Positions 19,102 to 29,914 of a DNA stretch of 64,000 nt are shown here, one piece after another. The stretch comes from an uncultured Verrucomicrobiae bacterium. Lineage in GTDB: Bacteria > Verrucomicrobiota > Verrucomicrobiia > Chthoniobacterales > Chthoniobacteraceae. The notes beneath the pieces are model-generated. The model did no database searches, was not told where the DNA came from, and saw only the letters and a program-made list of their open reading frames with translations. Every line of letters begins with the position of its first letter. Position 1 is the first letter of the stretch. Made by a program: the position numbers and the translations under genes. Location: assembly GCA_963836755.1 (NCBI GenBank), contig CAWIKF010000002.1, positions 768,001 to 832,000 on the forward strand. The letters run 5' to 3'.

Positions 19102-20259
19102 TCATTTTCGCACCGCCGCGAACGCCGCGATGTCATCGTGAAATGGCGCGCCGTCGGCGTGCGCGTAGGCTTTTTCAATGACGCTCGCGAGAAACTTTTG
19201 CGCCGAGCCGTGCGCCGCGCCGAGCTGCTGCGCGAGCGCGCGCTGGGTCAGCCGGCTTCCCGCGCGATTCTGCACTTCGTAAAGTCCGTCGGTGTAGAGC
19301 AGCACCGCGTCGCCTTCCTCGAGTTCGTGCGCATGCTCCTCGCAGCCGTTGTGGCCATTGACGCCGAGTGGCGGCCCGGAGGAAGGCGCTTCGTCAATGC
19401 GGCCATTGCTCCGCGCGATGAGCAGCGGCGGATGGCCCGCGCCGCAAAACGTGACGCTGCCGGCGTCGGCCGCGAGCACGAGACACGCGGCGGTCATGAA
19501 CGAGCGGCCTTTGAAAATGCCCTGAAATTCTTTGCTCACATTATCCATCACCGCGGCCGCGGAAGTCAGTTCCGACGCGGCGTGGCGAAATAACAGCTTG
19601 CTCAACGTTGTCAAAAGCGCCGCGGATGCGCCGTGGCCGGTCGCATCGGACATCCACGCGAGCAGCGAGCCGTCGCGCGCTTTGACCCAATCGTAAATAT
19701 CGCCGCCGACCTGGATGAGCGGATGATAATGCGCGGCAAATTCCCAGCCCGGCAGCGCCGGCAGCCGCGACGGCAAAATCGCCTGCTGCGTTAGCTGCGC
19801 GGCCTCGAGATCGCGCTCGTGCTCGCGGCGCCATTTCTCGAGCTCGCGGTTCTGCTCCGCCAATTGCTCTCGCAACGCGTAGAGGTGCAGGTGCGTGTCG
19901 ATTCGCGCCTTGAGCACGGCGGGATTGACCGGCTTTGTGACAAAATCATTCGCGCCGGCGCGCAGGCATTCGACCTCGTGCGTCGCATTCGAATGCGCAG
20001 TGAGCAGGATGATCGGGATTTGCGCGACCGCCGGATTCGGATCGCTGCGCACGATTTCGCACACCTGCGCGCCGTTGAATTCCGGCATTTCATAATCGAG
20101 CACCAGCAGCGCCGGCCCGCTATTTTCCAGAATTTGCAGCGCCTCGGGACCATCGCGGCAATCGATGGTATCAAATCCGACGCCCTCCAGCGCGCGCACC
20201 AGCAGCCGCCGGCTCAGCGCATCATCGTCGACGATGAGGATTTTCAAGGAGTCCATCAC
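19102..20259 (-). CDS. response regulator receiver fused to PP2C/SpoIIE phosphatase
   Basis: ILIVDDD...LDYEMP...KP receiver; VGGDIYD, DATGHG, LYTDGL and DDI phosphatase motifs. Confidence 0.92.
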   Translation of the reverse strand: MMDSLKILIVDDDALSRRLLVRALEGVGFDTIDCRDGPEALQILENSGPALLVLDYEMPEFNGAQVCEIVRSDPNPAVAQIPIILLTAHSNATHEVECLRAGANDFVTKPVNPAVLKARIDTHLHLYALREQLAEQNRELEKWRREHERDLEAAQLTQQAILPSRLPALPGWEFAAHYHPLIQVGGDIYDWVKARDGSLLAWMSDATGHGASAALLTTLSKLLFRHAASELTSAAAVMDNVSKEFQGIFKGRSFMTAACLVLAADAGSVTFCGAGHPPLLIARSNGRIDEAPSSGPPLGVNGHNGCEEHAHELEEGDAVLLYTDGLYEVQNRAGSRLTQRALAQQLGAAHGSAQKFLASVIEKAYAHADGAPFHDDIAAFAAVRK

Positions 20260-20371
20260 GCGTTTGTTTTATAATCGAAACATCCGGAAAAAACGCGGCT
20301 TTTCCTTCCGCGTATGCTCCGCGCGCCGTTCGGCATTGACCGCGCCAGCCCCTTCCGCGTAGCCATCTCGC

Positions 20372-22531
20372 ATGGCGAATGTCGTTTTCCTCTGGCACAT
20401 GCACCAGCCGTATTACGTCAATCCCGCCACGCGCACCGCGATGATGCCGTGGGTGCGCCTGCACAGCGTCAAGGGCTACCTCGACATGATTTCGGTGATC
20501 GAGGATTTCCCCGGCATCCGCGTGAATTTCAATCTCACGCCCGTCCTGCTTTTGCAGATCAAAGAACTCATCGATGGCGAAATCACCGATCGCTGGCTGG
20601 AATGGGCGCGCACGCCGGCGGCGGATTTAAACGACGACGAAAAGTTCGCGATTCTCGACAACTTTTTCAAAATCCACTGGGACAATCTCGTGAAGCCGTT
20701 CCCGCGTTACTGGGAATTGTTGCACAAACGCGGGCAGACGTTTTACGCCGACGAAGTGCGGCGCGGCCTCCGTTATTTCACCACGCAGGAATTTCTCGAC
20801 CTCCAAGTCTGGTTCAACCTCGCCTGGTGCGGCTACACCGCCGACAAACTTTTTCCCGAGCTGAAAACGCTGCGCGCGAAAGGTCGCGACTTCACCGAAG
20901 GCGAAAAGCAGCGCGTGCTCGACATCCATCTCGAGATCATGCGGCTCGTCTTGAAAAAATACGCGGACGCCGAGGCGCGCGGGCAGGTCGAGCTGACGAC
21001 CACGCCATTTTTTCATCCGATTTTGCCGCTCGTTTACGATTCAGAGTTTGCTGAACGTTGTTTACCGGGCCGTAAATTTCCGCCGCGCTTCCATTGGCCG
21101 CAAGACGCCGCTGCGCACCTGACGCTCGCCGTCGAGCAGCACGAAAAACTTTTCGGAAAAAAGCCGCGCGGCTTGTGGCCGAGCGAAGGCTCGATCGCGC
21201 CCGAGTTGATCCCGCTGATGCAGCAGGTCGGCATCCAGTATTTTTGCAGCGACGAGGAAAACCTTTTCAATTCGCTCAAGCGCGATCCCGCTTATCAAAA
21301 CGCGCACGTCGATCATCTCGAGCTTTTCCAAGGCTGGCGCATCCGGCACGACGGCGCGTCCGTCAACGGCGTTTTCCGCGAGAAGCCGCTCTCCGATTTC
21401 ATCGGTTTCATGGCCGCGAAAAACGACGCCGTTCAAGCTGCCACTCATCTGCTGCACCATCTCACGCACATCGCCAGCCTCGTCCCGCACGACACCGGCC
21501 TGGTCTCTCTGATCCTCGACGGCGAAAATGCGTGGGAAACTTTTGCCGATGGCGGCGAAGCCTTTCTGCGCGGGCTCTACGGCGGCATCGAGCGCGAGAG
21601 CGAGCGGCTCACGAGCTGCACGATCGAGGATTATTTTCAGCGAAATCCGCCGCGCAAGGAATTGACGACGCTCCACACCGGCTCATGGATTTCGAGCAAT
21701 TTCGACATCTGGATCGGCGAGGAAGAGGAGAATCGCGCGTGGGAATTGCTCGGAAAAGCGCGCGCATTTCTGCAAACCCAAATCGACGCCGGCCATCTCA
21801 CCGTCGAACAGCAAAGCAAAGCGCTGCTGGAAATCTACGCGGCGGAAGGGAGCGACTGGTTCTGGTGGTATGGCCCGGATTTCCACACGGATAATGACGA
21901 TTTATTTGACGAACTTTTCCGGCAGCACCTGAAAAATGTTTACGCGATTTGCGGCGTGCTCATCCCGGTCGATCTCGAAATCCCGATCACGCGCGCAAAG
22001 GCCGTGCAAATTTACGAGCGGCCCACCGAGCTCATCCACCCGCACATCGATGGCCGCGCGAGTTCCTTTTTTGAATGGATTGGCGCCGGCAGCTACGAGC
22101 CGGGCAGCGAGCAGGGAGCCATGTATCGCGCGGAGCGGATTTTGGAAAAAATCCATTTTGGCTTCAGCGAGGAGTCGCTTTTTCTGCGGATCGATTTTGT
22201 AAAATTGCCGCCAGACACGTCGTTAACGCTCGTTTTTTTTGAACCGCGCGACTTTGTTTTCAAAACAAAACCGCTCACGCGAAACGGCGCGACGGGATTC
22301 GGGATCATTACGCCCGGCGGCGTTGAGCTGCGGCGCGACACCATCGCCGCAGGGGAAATCCTCGAATGGGAAATCGCGCTGCTCGATCTGGCGCTCAAGC
22401 CCGGCGCGCCAGTCGCCTGGCAGGTGCGCGTCGAGCAAAATGGAATCGCGCGCGAGACGTATCCCGAGGCCGGCCCGATCCAGCTCACGGTGCCGACCGC
22501 GGAATTTGCTGGGCGAAACTGGATCGTCTGA
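20372..22531 (+). CDS. GH57 glycoside hydrolase (amylopullulanase-like)
   Basis: WHMHQP, HPILPL, GLWPSEG, LDGENAWE and AEGSDWFWW motifs. Confidence 0.93.
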   Translation: MANVVFLWHMHQPYYVNPATRTAMMPWVRLHSVKGYLDMISVIEDFPGIRVNFNLTPVLLLQIKELIDGEITDRWLEWARTPAADLNDDEKFAILDNFFKIHWDNLVKPFPRYWELLHKRGQTFYADEVRRGLRYFTTQEFLDLQVWFNLAWCGYTADKLFPELKTLRAKGRDFTEGEKQRVLDIHLEIMRLVLKKYADAEARGQVELTTTPFFHPILPLVYDSEFAERCLPGRKFPPRFHWPQDAAAHLTLAVEQHEKLFGKKPRGLWPSEGSIAPELIPLMQQVGIQYFCSDEENLFNSLKRDPAYQNAHVDHLELFQGWRIRHDGASVNGVFREKPLSDFIGFMAAKNDAVQAATHLLHHLTHIASLVPHDTGLVSLILDGENAWETFADGGEAFLRGLYGGIERESERLTSCTIEDYFQRNPPRKELTTLHTGSWISSNFDIWIGEEEENRAWELLGKARAFLQTQIDAGHLTVEQQSKALLEIYAAEGSDWFWWYGPDFHTDNDDLFDELFRQHLKNVYAICGVLIPVDLEIPITRAKAVQIYERPTELIHPHIDGRASSFFEWIGAGSYEPGSEQGAMYRAERILEKIHFGFSEESLFLRIDFVKLPPDTSLTLVFFEPRDFVFKTKPLTRNGATGFGIITPGGVELRRDTIAAGEILEWEIALLDLALKPGAPVAWQVRVEQNGIARETYPEAGPIQLTVPTAEFAGRNWIV

Positions 22532-22534
22532 CGC

Positions 22535-23428
22535 TCAGGCGCGCGGATGAAATTTATGATGCACGGCCTTGAGCCGCTGCTGATCGACGTGCGTGTAGAT
22601 CTGCGTCGTCGAGATGTCCGCGTGTCCGAGCATTTCCTGGATGATGCGCAAATCCGCGCCGTTGCTGAGCAGATGCGTCGCAAAGGAATGCCGCAGCAAA
22701 TGCGGGTAAATATTTTGCTCCAGTCCCGCGTGTTTCGCGCTCCGTTTTAAAATCTGCCAGATCCGCACCGTCGTTAATTTTCCGCCGCGCGTGGAAAGGA
22801 AAACTTCGCTGCCAGTCCGCTTTTTCACCAGCGTCGGCCGCTCGCGCTCGAGGTAATTTGCGATCGCCGCGCACGCTTTTTTTCCGACCGGGACGATTCG
22901 CGTTTTGTTTCCCTTTCCGGTCACGCGAATCGCATTTTCATCGAGCGAAAGATTTTCGAGACGCGCGTTCGCGAGCTCCGAAATGCGCAGCCCGCTAGCG
23001 TAAAGCAGCTCCGCCATCGCGCGGTCGCGCAGGCCGAGCGGGGCATTCGTTGGAATGCTTTCGATGAGCCGTTCGACGTCGATTTCATTCAGCGTCTCCG
23101 GCAGATAACGCTCGATGCGCGGCAGCGGCAAAAACTCCGCCGGATCGCGCTCGATGCGTTTCCTCACGAATAGAAATCGGAACAAAATTTTGATCGCGAC
23201 GGCGATGAGTTTAATCGAGCCCGCCGCAAGTCCGCCGCGTTTTCGAACCGCCAAATATTCCGTGATCTCAGCGAGCGTTACGTCGCGGGGATCGGATATT
23301 TTTTTGGCGCGCGAAAGCCATTGCGCGAATTCCTCGAGCGACCGCCTCGTCGAGAGTTGGTAATTTTCCGAAAGGCCGCGCTCAGTCGCGAGATGGAATA
23401 AAAAATCGTCGATCGCAGCCTGCATCAC
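22535..23428 (-). CDS. xerD: chromosomal tyrosine recombinase XerD
   Basis: LRDRAMAELLYASGLRISEL, GKGNKTRIVP, HLLRHSFATHLL and LGHADISTTQIYTHV; core-like GC, coupled to purC. Confidence 0.88.
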   Translation of the reverse strand: MMQAAIDDFLFHLATERGLSENYQLSTRRSLEEFAQWLSRAKKISDPRDVTLAEITEYLAVRKRGGLAAGSIKLIAVAIKILFRFLFVRKRIERDPAEFLPLPRIERYLPETLNEIDVERLIESIPTNAPLGLRDRAMAELLYASGLRISELANARLENLSLDENAIRVTGKGNKTRIVPVGKKACAAIANYLERERPTLVKKRTGSEVFLSTRGGKLTTVRIWQILKRSAKHAGLEQNIYPHLLRHSFATHLLSNGADLRIIQEMLGHADISTTQIYTHVDQQRLKAVHHKFHPRA

Positions 23429-24306
23429 GCAAGTCTCGATCCGGTCAATCGTTCGAAAGCCTCGAGATATTTCTCGCTGGTTTTTCGCACCACCGTTTTC
23501 GGCAGCGAAGGCGCCGGCGGCGTTTTTTCCCAGTCGAGCGCCTCGAGATAATCGCGCACAAATTGTTTGTCGAAACTCGGCGGATTCATATCGAGCGAGT
23601 AGCGGTCGGCTGGCCAGAAACGCGAAGAATCAGGTGTTAAACACTCGTCGATCAAGATGAGTTCGCCATCGCACATGCCGAACTCGAATTTGGTATCGGC
23701 GACGATGATCCCGCGGGACTTTGCATACTCGCGCCCATTTTCGTAAATGCGGATGCTCAGGTCGCGGACGCGCGTCGCGATTTTGTCGCCCACGAGATCG
23801 CGCGCTTCGTCCCAAGAGATGTTTACGTCGTGACCCGTGGCCGCCTTTGTCGATGGCGTGAAAAGGTTGCGCGGCAACTGTTGCGCCTGCCGCAAACCGG
23901 CCGGCAGCCGCTGTCCGCAAATCATCCCGGACTTTTGATAATCGTTCCACGCCGAGCCTGCGAGATAGCCGCGCACCACGCATTCGATGCGCAGCGGCTC
24001 GGTTTTTTTCACGATCATTGCGCGACCGCGGAGCTCTTTTTCGAGGCCTTTGAGCGACTGGGGAAAGGCGTCAAAGTCCGCAGCGATGACATGATTTTTC
24101 ACGAAGTCGAATTTTTGAAACCAAAACGCGGAAAGCTGCGTGAGCACTGCTCCCTTGCGCGGAATTGGGTTCGGCAAAATGCAGTCGAACGCCGAGATGC
24201 GATCTGTCGCCACGAATAGGAATGAGTCGCCGAGATCAAAAACCTCGCGAACCTTGCCGCTCGCGACTTTCCGCAAGCCCTCCAATTCACATTCAATCAC
24301 ATCCAT
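23425..24306 (-). CDS. purC: phosphoribosylaminoimidazolesuccinocarboxamide synthase
   Basis: GKVRE, TDRISAFD, ECVVRGY, DTKFEFG, TPDSSRFW and FDKQFVRD motifs. Confidence 0.96.
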   Translation of the reverse strand: MDVIECELEGLRKVASGKVREVFDLGDSFLFVATDRISAFDCILPNPIPRKGAVLTQLSAFWFQKFDFVKNHVIAADFDAFPQSLKGLEKELRGRAMIVKKTEPLRIECVVRGYLAGSAWNDYQKSGMICGQRLPAGLRQAQQLPRNLFTPSTKAATGHDVNISWDEARDLVGDKIATRVRDLSIRIYENGREYAKSRGIIVADTKFEFGMCDGELILIDECLTPDSSRFWPADRYSLDMNPPSFDKQFVRDYLEALDWEKTPPAPSLPKTVVRKTSEKYLEAFERLTGSRLA

Positions 24307-24358
24307 CGCCGGAAAAATGGGGAAGCTGACGCGACAGGTCGGAAATTAGCAAATGAAA

Positions 24359-24769
24359 TCAGTCGGGAACTTTGGCGCGCAGTTTTTTCGTAGCGCCGCG
24401 CCGTTTTTTCCCCTCGAGCATCCGTTCTTTCAACCCGCGCGGACGCGGGGAATTTGTCCGCCGCTTTTTCGCGCGCGCCGCCACACGCGCCTGCCTGCGA
24501 TCCTGCTCGCGCTGCTCGAGTAAGGCGAGCAGCCGCTCGCGCGCGAGCTGCCGGTTCATCGATTGCGAACGTGAATCCTGCACGGTCACTGCGAGGCCGC
24601 TCGGCCGATGACGAAGTGTGACAGCGGTTGACACTTTATTAACATGTTGTCCGCCCGGCCCGGACGAGCGCGCGAAGCTTTCCTCCAGATCTTCCTCGCG
24701 AATGCCGAGTCGCGCCCAGCGTTTGCGCACCGCCTCTTTCGCGGATTGTATCGGCGTGGATGAATTCAT
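24359..24769 (-). CDS. peptidyl-tRNA hydrolase / ribosome-rescue factor of the ArfB (RF-1 domain) type
   Basis: SSGPGGQHVNK GGQ motif, SRSQSMNR and basic C-terminal tail; start at MNSSTP. Confidence 0.85.
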   Translation of the reverse strand: MNSSTPIQSAKEAVRKRWARLGIREEDLEESFARSSGPGGQHVNKVSTAVTLRHRPSGLAVTVQDSRSQSMNRQLARERLLALLEQREQDRRQARVAARAKKRRTNSPRPRGLKERMLEGKKRRGATKKLRAKVPD

Positions 24770-24781
24770 AACTTTGACGCC

Positions 24782-25564
24782 ATGGAGGTTATCATCAAAG
24801 CGACTGCCGATGAAGCTTCGCTCGAGGCCGCACAAATTTTCGCACGGCAAATTCGCGAGAAACCGACAATCGTGCTCGGCCTCGCGACCGGTTCAACGCC
24901 TCTGCAATTTTACCGCGAACTCGTCGCGATGCATCGTAATGGCGCGATCGATTTTTCAAAAGTGACGACGTTCAACCTCGATGAATACGTCGGCCTCGAT
25001 GCGGATCACCCGCAGTCTTACGCGCATTTCATGCGGGAGAATTTGTTTTCAAAAATCAATGTTCCCGCGGCCGCGATCCGCATTCCAAGCGGCGTCGCGC
25101 CAGATCTCCCGCGACATTGCGAGCAGTATGAAAAGGCGATTCGCGACGCGGGTGGTATCGATCTGCAACTGCTCGGCCTCGGCTCCGATGGACATATTGG
25201 ATTCAACGAACCGAGCTCATCGCTCGCATCGCGCACACGCCTGAAAACGTTGACGGAACGGACGATCGCGGACAACGCGCGCTTTTTTTCATCGCTCGAC
25301 GACGTGCCGCGCCACGTCATCACGATGGGCGTCGGCACGATCATTGAAGCGCGCCATTGCGTGGTGCTCGCGTTTGGCGAAAAAAAGGCGGAGGCGTGCG
25401 CGGCGACTATCGAGGGACCGATCACGGCGAGCGTGCCGGCATCGATTTTGCAAATGCATCCGCGCTGCACGCTGCTGCTCGACGAAGCGGCTGCGGCAAA
25501 GTTGCGCCGCGCGGATTATTACCACTGGGTTTACGAAAACAAACCTGCGTGGCAGCGCGTATGA
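24782..25564 (+). CDS. nagB: glucosamine-6-phosphate deaminase
   Basis: LGLATGSTP, FNLDEY, GGIDLQLLGLGSDGHIGFNEP and PASILQMH motifs. Confidence 0.96.
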   Translation: MEVIIKATADEASLEAAQIFARQIREKPTIVLGLATGSTPLQFYRELVAMHRNGAIDFSKVTTFNLDEYVGLDADHPQSYAHFMRENLFSKINVPAAAIRIPSGVAPDLPRHCEQYEKAIRDAGGIDLQLLGLGSDGHIGFNEPSSSLASRTRLKTLTERTIADNARFFSSLDDVPRHVITMGVGTIIEARHCVVLAFGEKKAEACAATIEGPITASVPASILQMHPRCTLLLDEAAAAKLRRADYYHWVYENKPAWQRV

Positions 25565-26733
25565 TTTTTAAAAATGCGCGCGTGATTTTGGCGGAGCGTA
25601 TTCTGCCGGGAGCGCAGTTGAAAATTGCGGATGGAAAAATTTTGGGGATGACCGCGGAGCCTCTGGCAGCGGGCATTGGCGAGGAAGTCCTCGATCTCGG
25701 TGGCAATTATCTCGCGCCCGGTTTCATCGATTTGCACATTCACGGCGCGCTGCGGCGCGACACGATGGAGGCCGATGCGGCGGCGCTGGAAACAATCTGC
25801 CGCTTTCACGCCGCTGGCGGCACGACCTCTCTCGCGCTGACGACGATCGCCGCGACACTTCCCGAGATTTTGCAGGCTGTTAACGCTGCGAAAGCATTCC
25901 AGGAAACAGTGCACGGCGGAGCAAACGTGCTCGGCGTTCATCTTGAAGGACCATATTTTTCACCCGCAAAACCGGGCGCGCACCGGCGCAATTTGATCCG
26001 CAACCCGCAGCGTGAGGAGTATGAACAACTGTTCGAACACGCCGACGCGATCACGCAAATGACGCTCGCACCCGAGCTGCCGGGCGCGCTCGCGCTCATT
26101 GACGCGCTGTGCGCGCGCGGCATTCGCGTCAGCGGCGGACACAGCGATGCGTGGGACGAAGATGCCTGCGCGGCCTTTGTTCATGGGCTTCGGCAGGTCA
26201 CGCATACTTTTAATTGCATGTCGTCGGCGCGGCATCGCGGACCGTGGCGCGTGGCGGGATTGCTCGAGGTCGCGCTGAGCGAGCCAGAAATTTTGTGCGA
26301 GCTGATTGCGGATGGACGCCACGTTTCGCCGACTTTGATGCGAATGCTTTACCAGGCAAAAGGTCCCGATGGAATCTGCCTCGTCACCGATGCGACAGCG
26401 GGCGCGGGATTGGCGGAAGGCGAGCATTTCCAGCTCGGCGAAATTGACTGCGTGGTGCGCGACGAAGTCGGCCTGATTTCCGACGGCGGCGCGCTCGCGG
26501 GCAGCACCGCCACAATGATCCGGCTGGTGCGCAACATGGTGGAACTCGCAGGCGTTTCACTCGTCGAGGCGGTGCGAATGGCGACGCTGAATCCCGCGCG
26601 CGCGCTCGGTCTCGAGACGCGGAAAGGCCAGCTCGCGGAAGGCGCTGACGCCGATTTCATCGTGCTTTCGCAGGAACTCGAAGTTTTGGAAACATGGCGC
26701 GGAGGAGAAAAAATTCACACGCTCACAACATGA
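25561..26733 (+). CDS. nagA: N-acetylglucosamine-6-phosphate deacetylase
   Basis: PGFIDLHIHG, HLEGPY, GHSDA, THTFN, DGRH, VTDA, LAGS and NPA motifs; start at the ATGA overlap with nagB. Confidence 0.94.
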   Translation: MIFKNARVILAERILPGAQLKIADGKILGMTAEPLAAGIGEEVLDLGGNYLAPGFIDLHIHGALRRDTMEADAAALETICRFHAAGGTTSLALTTIAATLPEILQAVNAAKAFQETVHGGANVLGVHLEGPYFSPAKPGAHRRNLIRNPQREEYEQLFEHADAITQMTLAPELPGALALIDALCARGIRVSGGHSDAWDEDACAAFVHGLRQVTHTFNCMSSARHRGPWRVAGLLEVALSEPEILCELIADGRHVSPTLMRMLYQAKGPDGICLVTDATAGAGLAEGEHFQLGEIDCVVRDEVGLISDGGALAGSTATMIRLVRNMVELAGVSLVEAVRMATLNPARALGLETRKGQLAEGADADFIVLSQELEVLETWRGGEKIHTLTT

Positions 26734-27677
26734 AAACCGAATATCTCACTAGCTCGCGCGACGGCCACTCGCTCGATATTTTTACAGACGTTGAAAATGG
26801 TCTGCGCATAGAGGTGACGCGGCACGGCGCGGAACTCGTGAGCGTGGCGCGGCGCGATGCGCGCGGCGAATGGATCGGATTTTTGTATCGCGACGGCGAC
26901 GTGTCGCGAGCCGCGGAAGGCTGGAACAATCACGCGACGGTGATGGGTTATTATTTGCACCGGATAAAAAACGAGCGCTCGATTTATCGCGGCCACGAGA
27001 TCCGTGGCGGCACGCATTCGTTTTTGCGACACAAGGATTTTGCGGCGCCGGAATTTGCGACTGATGAAAAGTCGGCTTCGCTCAGCTATCGCATCGGACC
27101 CGAGCAAATCGAGGCGCACGAATATCCGTTTAAGGTCGCGTTGACTCTCCGTTATACATTGGAAAATGCGCGTCTGCGCGTCACTTTCACGTTTGAAAAT
27201 TTCGAGCCGGAGTTGCCGACGCATGTGCAGTTCGGCCTGCATCCTGGCTTCGCGGCGGGTTCGCTCGCATCCGCGGAAGTTTTTTTGCCCGGTGGCGATT
27301 ACGTTCGCCATCTCGCGCCGGACAATTTTTTGTCGGGCAAAACCGTCGAGTTCCATCACGCCGGCGGGCCGATGCCTTTTGCGAAAAGCGAGCTGCCGGG
27401 CTCATTTTTGCTGGAGCTAAAAAATGTTCCGCATCCGCTGTTTGGCTTTGCTGATGCGGCGGGCACGCGGCGTGTGGACCTCGATTATAGCGACGCGCCT
27501 TACGTGACCATCTGGAGCGACGGGCACGCATTCATCTGCGTGGAGCCGTGCTGGGGGCTGCCGGATCATCACGAGCAGCGGCCGTTTGAAAAAAAAGCGG
27601 GCATCCAGACAATTCCGCCGCGCGGGAATCTCGTGCGCAGCTTTACGATTTCGCCGCGCCTTGCGTCCGAGATTTGA
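26730..27677 (+). CDS. aldose 1-epimerase (galactose mutarotase)-like protein
   Basis: GAELVS, YPF, FGLHPGF and FICVEPCWG motifs; ATGA overlap with nagA. Confidence 0.78.
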   Translation: MKTEYLTSSRDGHSLDIFTDVENGLRIEVTRHGAELVSVARRDARGEWIGFLYRDGDVSRAAEGWNNHATVMGYYLHRIKNERSIYRGHEIRGGTHSFLRHKDFAAPEFATDEKSASLSYRIGPEQIEAHEYPFKVALTLRYTLENARLRVTFTFENFEPELPTHVQFGLHPGFAAGSLASAEVFLPGGDYVRHLAPDNFLSGKTVEFHHAGGPMPFAKSELPGSFLLELKNVPHPLFGFADAAGTRRVDLDYSDAPYVTIWSDGHAFICVEPCWGLPDHHEQRPFEKKAGIQTIPPRGNLVRSFTISPRLASEI

Positions 27678-27736
27678 AACTTTGACGCCGGGAAAAGTCC
27701 GCTCGAAAGCGACGCTGGATATTGTAACCTGCGCGC

Positions 27737-28696
27737 ATGGCAAAACGTTTTCGTGATCTCAGCGAACCTGAGGTGCTCGCGCTCGCGATCAGTTCCGAGG
27801 AGGAGGACAGCCGCATCTACCGCGATTTCGCGGTGAAACTCTCACAAGATTTTCCGGCGACTGCGCAACTTTTTTCCGCGATGGCCGATGAGGAATCGGG
27901 TCACCGGCATCGGCTGCTCGAGGCGTTCCGCGAGCGTTTCGGCGAGCACGTGCCGCTGGTCCGGCGCGAGGACATCAAGGGTTTTGCGCGGCGTCCGGCG
28001 TTTTGGCTTTTCCAGCCGATCAACCCGAAAAAACTGCGGCACGAGGCGGCGTCGATGGAATTGGAGACGCGGCGTTTTTACGAGCGTGTCGCGGGTCAAA
28101 CTTCCGACGCGGGCGTGCGGCAACTGCTCGGCGATCTCGCGCGTGCGGAGGGGCAGCACGAGGAAATGGCGGCGCGGATTGATGCGAAGCAAAAGGCCGA
28201 CGGAGCTGTCGATGACGAAGCAGTTGCAGCTCGCCGGCTTTTTGTGCTGCGTGTGGTGCAGCCGGGTCTCGCGGGTTTGATGGACGGCTCGGTCTCAACG
28301 CTCGCGCCGCTTTTTGCCGCGGCGTTTGCAACGGCAAACACTGCCGATGCTTTTCGTGTTGGCCTCGCGGCGTCCGTCGGCGCGGGGATCAGCATGGGTT
28401 TCGCGGAAGCACTTTCTGATGACGGCGAGCTGAGCGGGCGCGGCGGTCCGCTGCTGCGCGGCGTGGTCTGCGGCGCCATGACCACCGCGGGCGGCATTGG
28501 CCACACGCTCCCGTATTTGATTGGCGACTTTCGGCTCGCTACCGGCGTCGCGATCGGCGTTGTCGGCATCGAGCTCGCGGTAATCGCGTGGGTGCGGCAT
28601 CGGTTCATGGAAACGCCGTGGCTGGGCGCGACACTGCAGGTCGTGCTCGGCGGCATTCTCGTTTTCATCGCCGGAGTGCTGATCGGAAAAAGTTAA
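27737..28696 (+). CDS. mbfA: rubrerythrin-VIT1 fusion iron exporter
   Basis: ExxH di-iron motifs (EESGH, AEGQH) plus VQPGLAGLMDGSVSTLAP and SMGFAEALSDDG. Confidence 0.92.
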   Translation: MAKRFRDLSEPEVLALAISSEEEDSRIYRDFAVKLSQDFPATAQLFSAMADEESGHRHRLLEAFRERFGEHVPLVRREDIKGFARRPAFWLFQPINPKKLRHEAASMELETRRFYERVAGQTSDAGVRQLLGDLARAEGQHEEMAARIDAKQKADGAVDDEAVAARRLFVLRVVQPGLAGLMDGSVSTLAPLFAAAFATANTADAFRVGLAASVGAGISMGFAEALSDDGELSGRGGPLLRGVVCGAMTTAGGIGHTLPYLIGDFRLATGVAIGVVGIELAVIAWVRHRFMETPWLGATLQVVLGGILVFIAGVLIGKS

Positions 28697-28698
28697 AC

Positions 28699-29911
28699 TC
28701 AGTGCGGCGAGGCGGCGGGTGAACCTCCAGCCGCGGGCGCGGGCGGTTCAGCCTTTGCCTGCACGACGGCGCCTTCCTCGAGATCATCGGTCGGGTTCAT
28801 CACCGCCTGCGCATTTGGCGGCAAGCCGCTCAGCACCTCGATCTGCGTGCCGAAATCGCGCCCGATCCTGATGTTGCACCAATGGATTTTTCCCTGCGCA
28901 TTCACCGTCGCCACCTGCGGCCCGGCGGCGCGGAAGGCGACCGCATTCGATGGCAGCACGATCGGCGTGTTTGCATCCTCGAGCATAAAATTCACCTCGC
29001 CATACATTCCGGCGAATAGCGTTCCGTCGGGATTCGGCACCTGCACCTCGATCTGCATCGTGCGCGACGCCGGGTCAATCGCGCCAGCCGTCCGCGTGAC
29101 CGTGCCGGAAAATTCGCGACCCGGATATTCCGGCGCGACGAACTTTGCCGCGAGTCCTTCGTGAATGCTCGGCGCGTTCGACTGCGGCACGTAAACGTAG
29201 ACCCGCAGCGGATCCGTTTGCGCGATGCGGAAAAGTGGCGTGCCGGCCGTGCCGCTGCCCGCTGAGACGAGCGCGCCGACATCCACGCGGCGTGACGTGA
29301 TTTTGCCGGGGAAGGGCGCGATGACGTTTTGGAATCCCTGCGTTTGCTCGAGCTGCTTCACGTTTGCCTGCGCCGCTTCGTATGCCGCTTCCTTCTCGTC
29401 AAAATCCTGCGGCGCGACGACCCGCTTTTCCACCAATTCCCGCCACCGCTGCGCCGTTACGCGAGCGATTTCAAAATTCGCGCGCGCCTGCGCGAGCTGC
29501 TGGTCGATCTCCGGCGTCGCGATCGCCGCGAGGAGCTGCCCGGCCTTCACGTCGTCGCCGATATCCACCAGCCATTTCTCGACGTAGCCATTCGCGCGCG
29601 CATAAAGCGTCGCTCTCCTGGAACGCCTGCGCGTCGCCCGGCAGCGTCAAAACCTGCGGCTTCGTGTCGCGCTTCGCCTGCACGACATTCACGGTCAACG
29701 CCGTCGCTTTTTTCTGGAAATTCTCCTGCTCTCGCCGGTTCTCCACGCGCTTCCATGAGACGAGGATGATTAAAATCGCCAGCACGGTCACGACGAGCAG
29801 CGGTCCCCAGATCGCGATCTTCCGCTCCGGCGCGTGCCGGTGCCGATGCTCCGGTTGCGGCGGCTCGTGGCGATGCGATTGCGGCGGTGGCAGTTCCTGA
29901 ACGGTGCTCAT
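28699..29911 (-). pseudogene. RND efflux periplasmic adaptor (MFP) with one frameshift near 29605 (real or sequencing error)
   Basis: N-terminal TM segment and LTLPG in ORF 29471..29911; continues in another frame as ...YARANGYVEKWLVDIGDDV and ORF 28699..29568 (IAPFPGKI, IDPASRT). Confidence 0.8.
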
Positions 29912-29914
29912 TGG

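Noticed and set aside
22535..23428. Tyrosine recombinase as a mobile-element integrase
   Set aside because: Typical XerD sequence, core composition, coupled to purC, with no mobile neighbours
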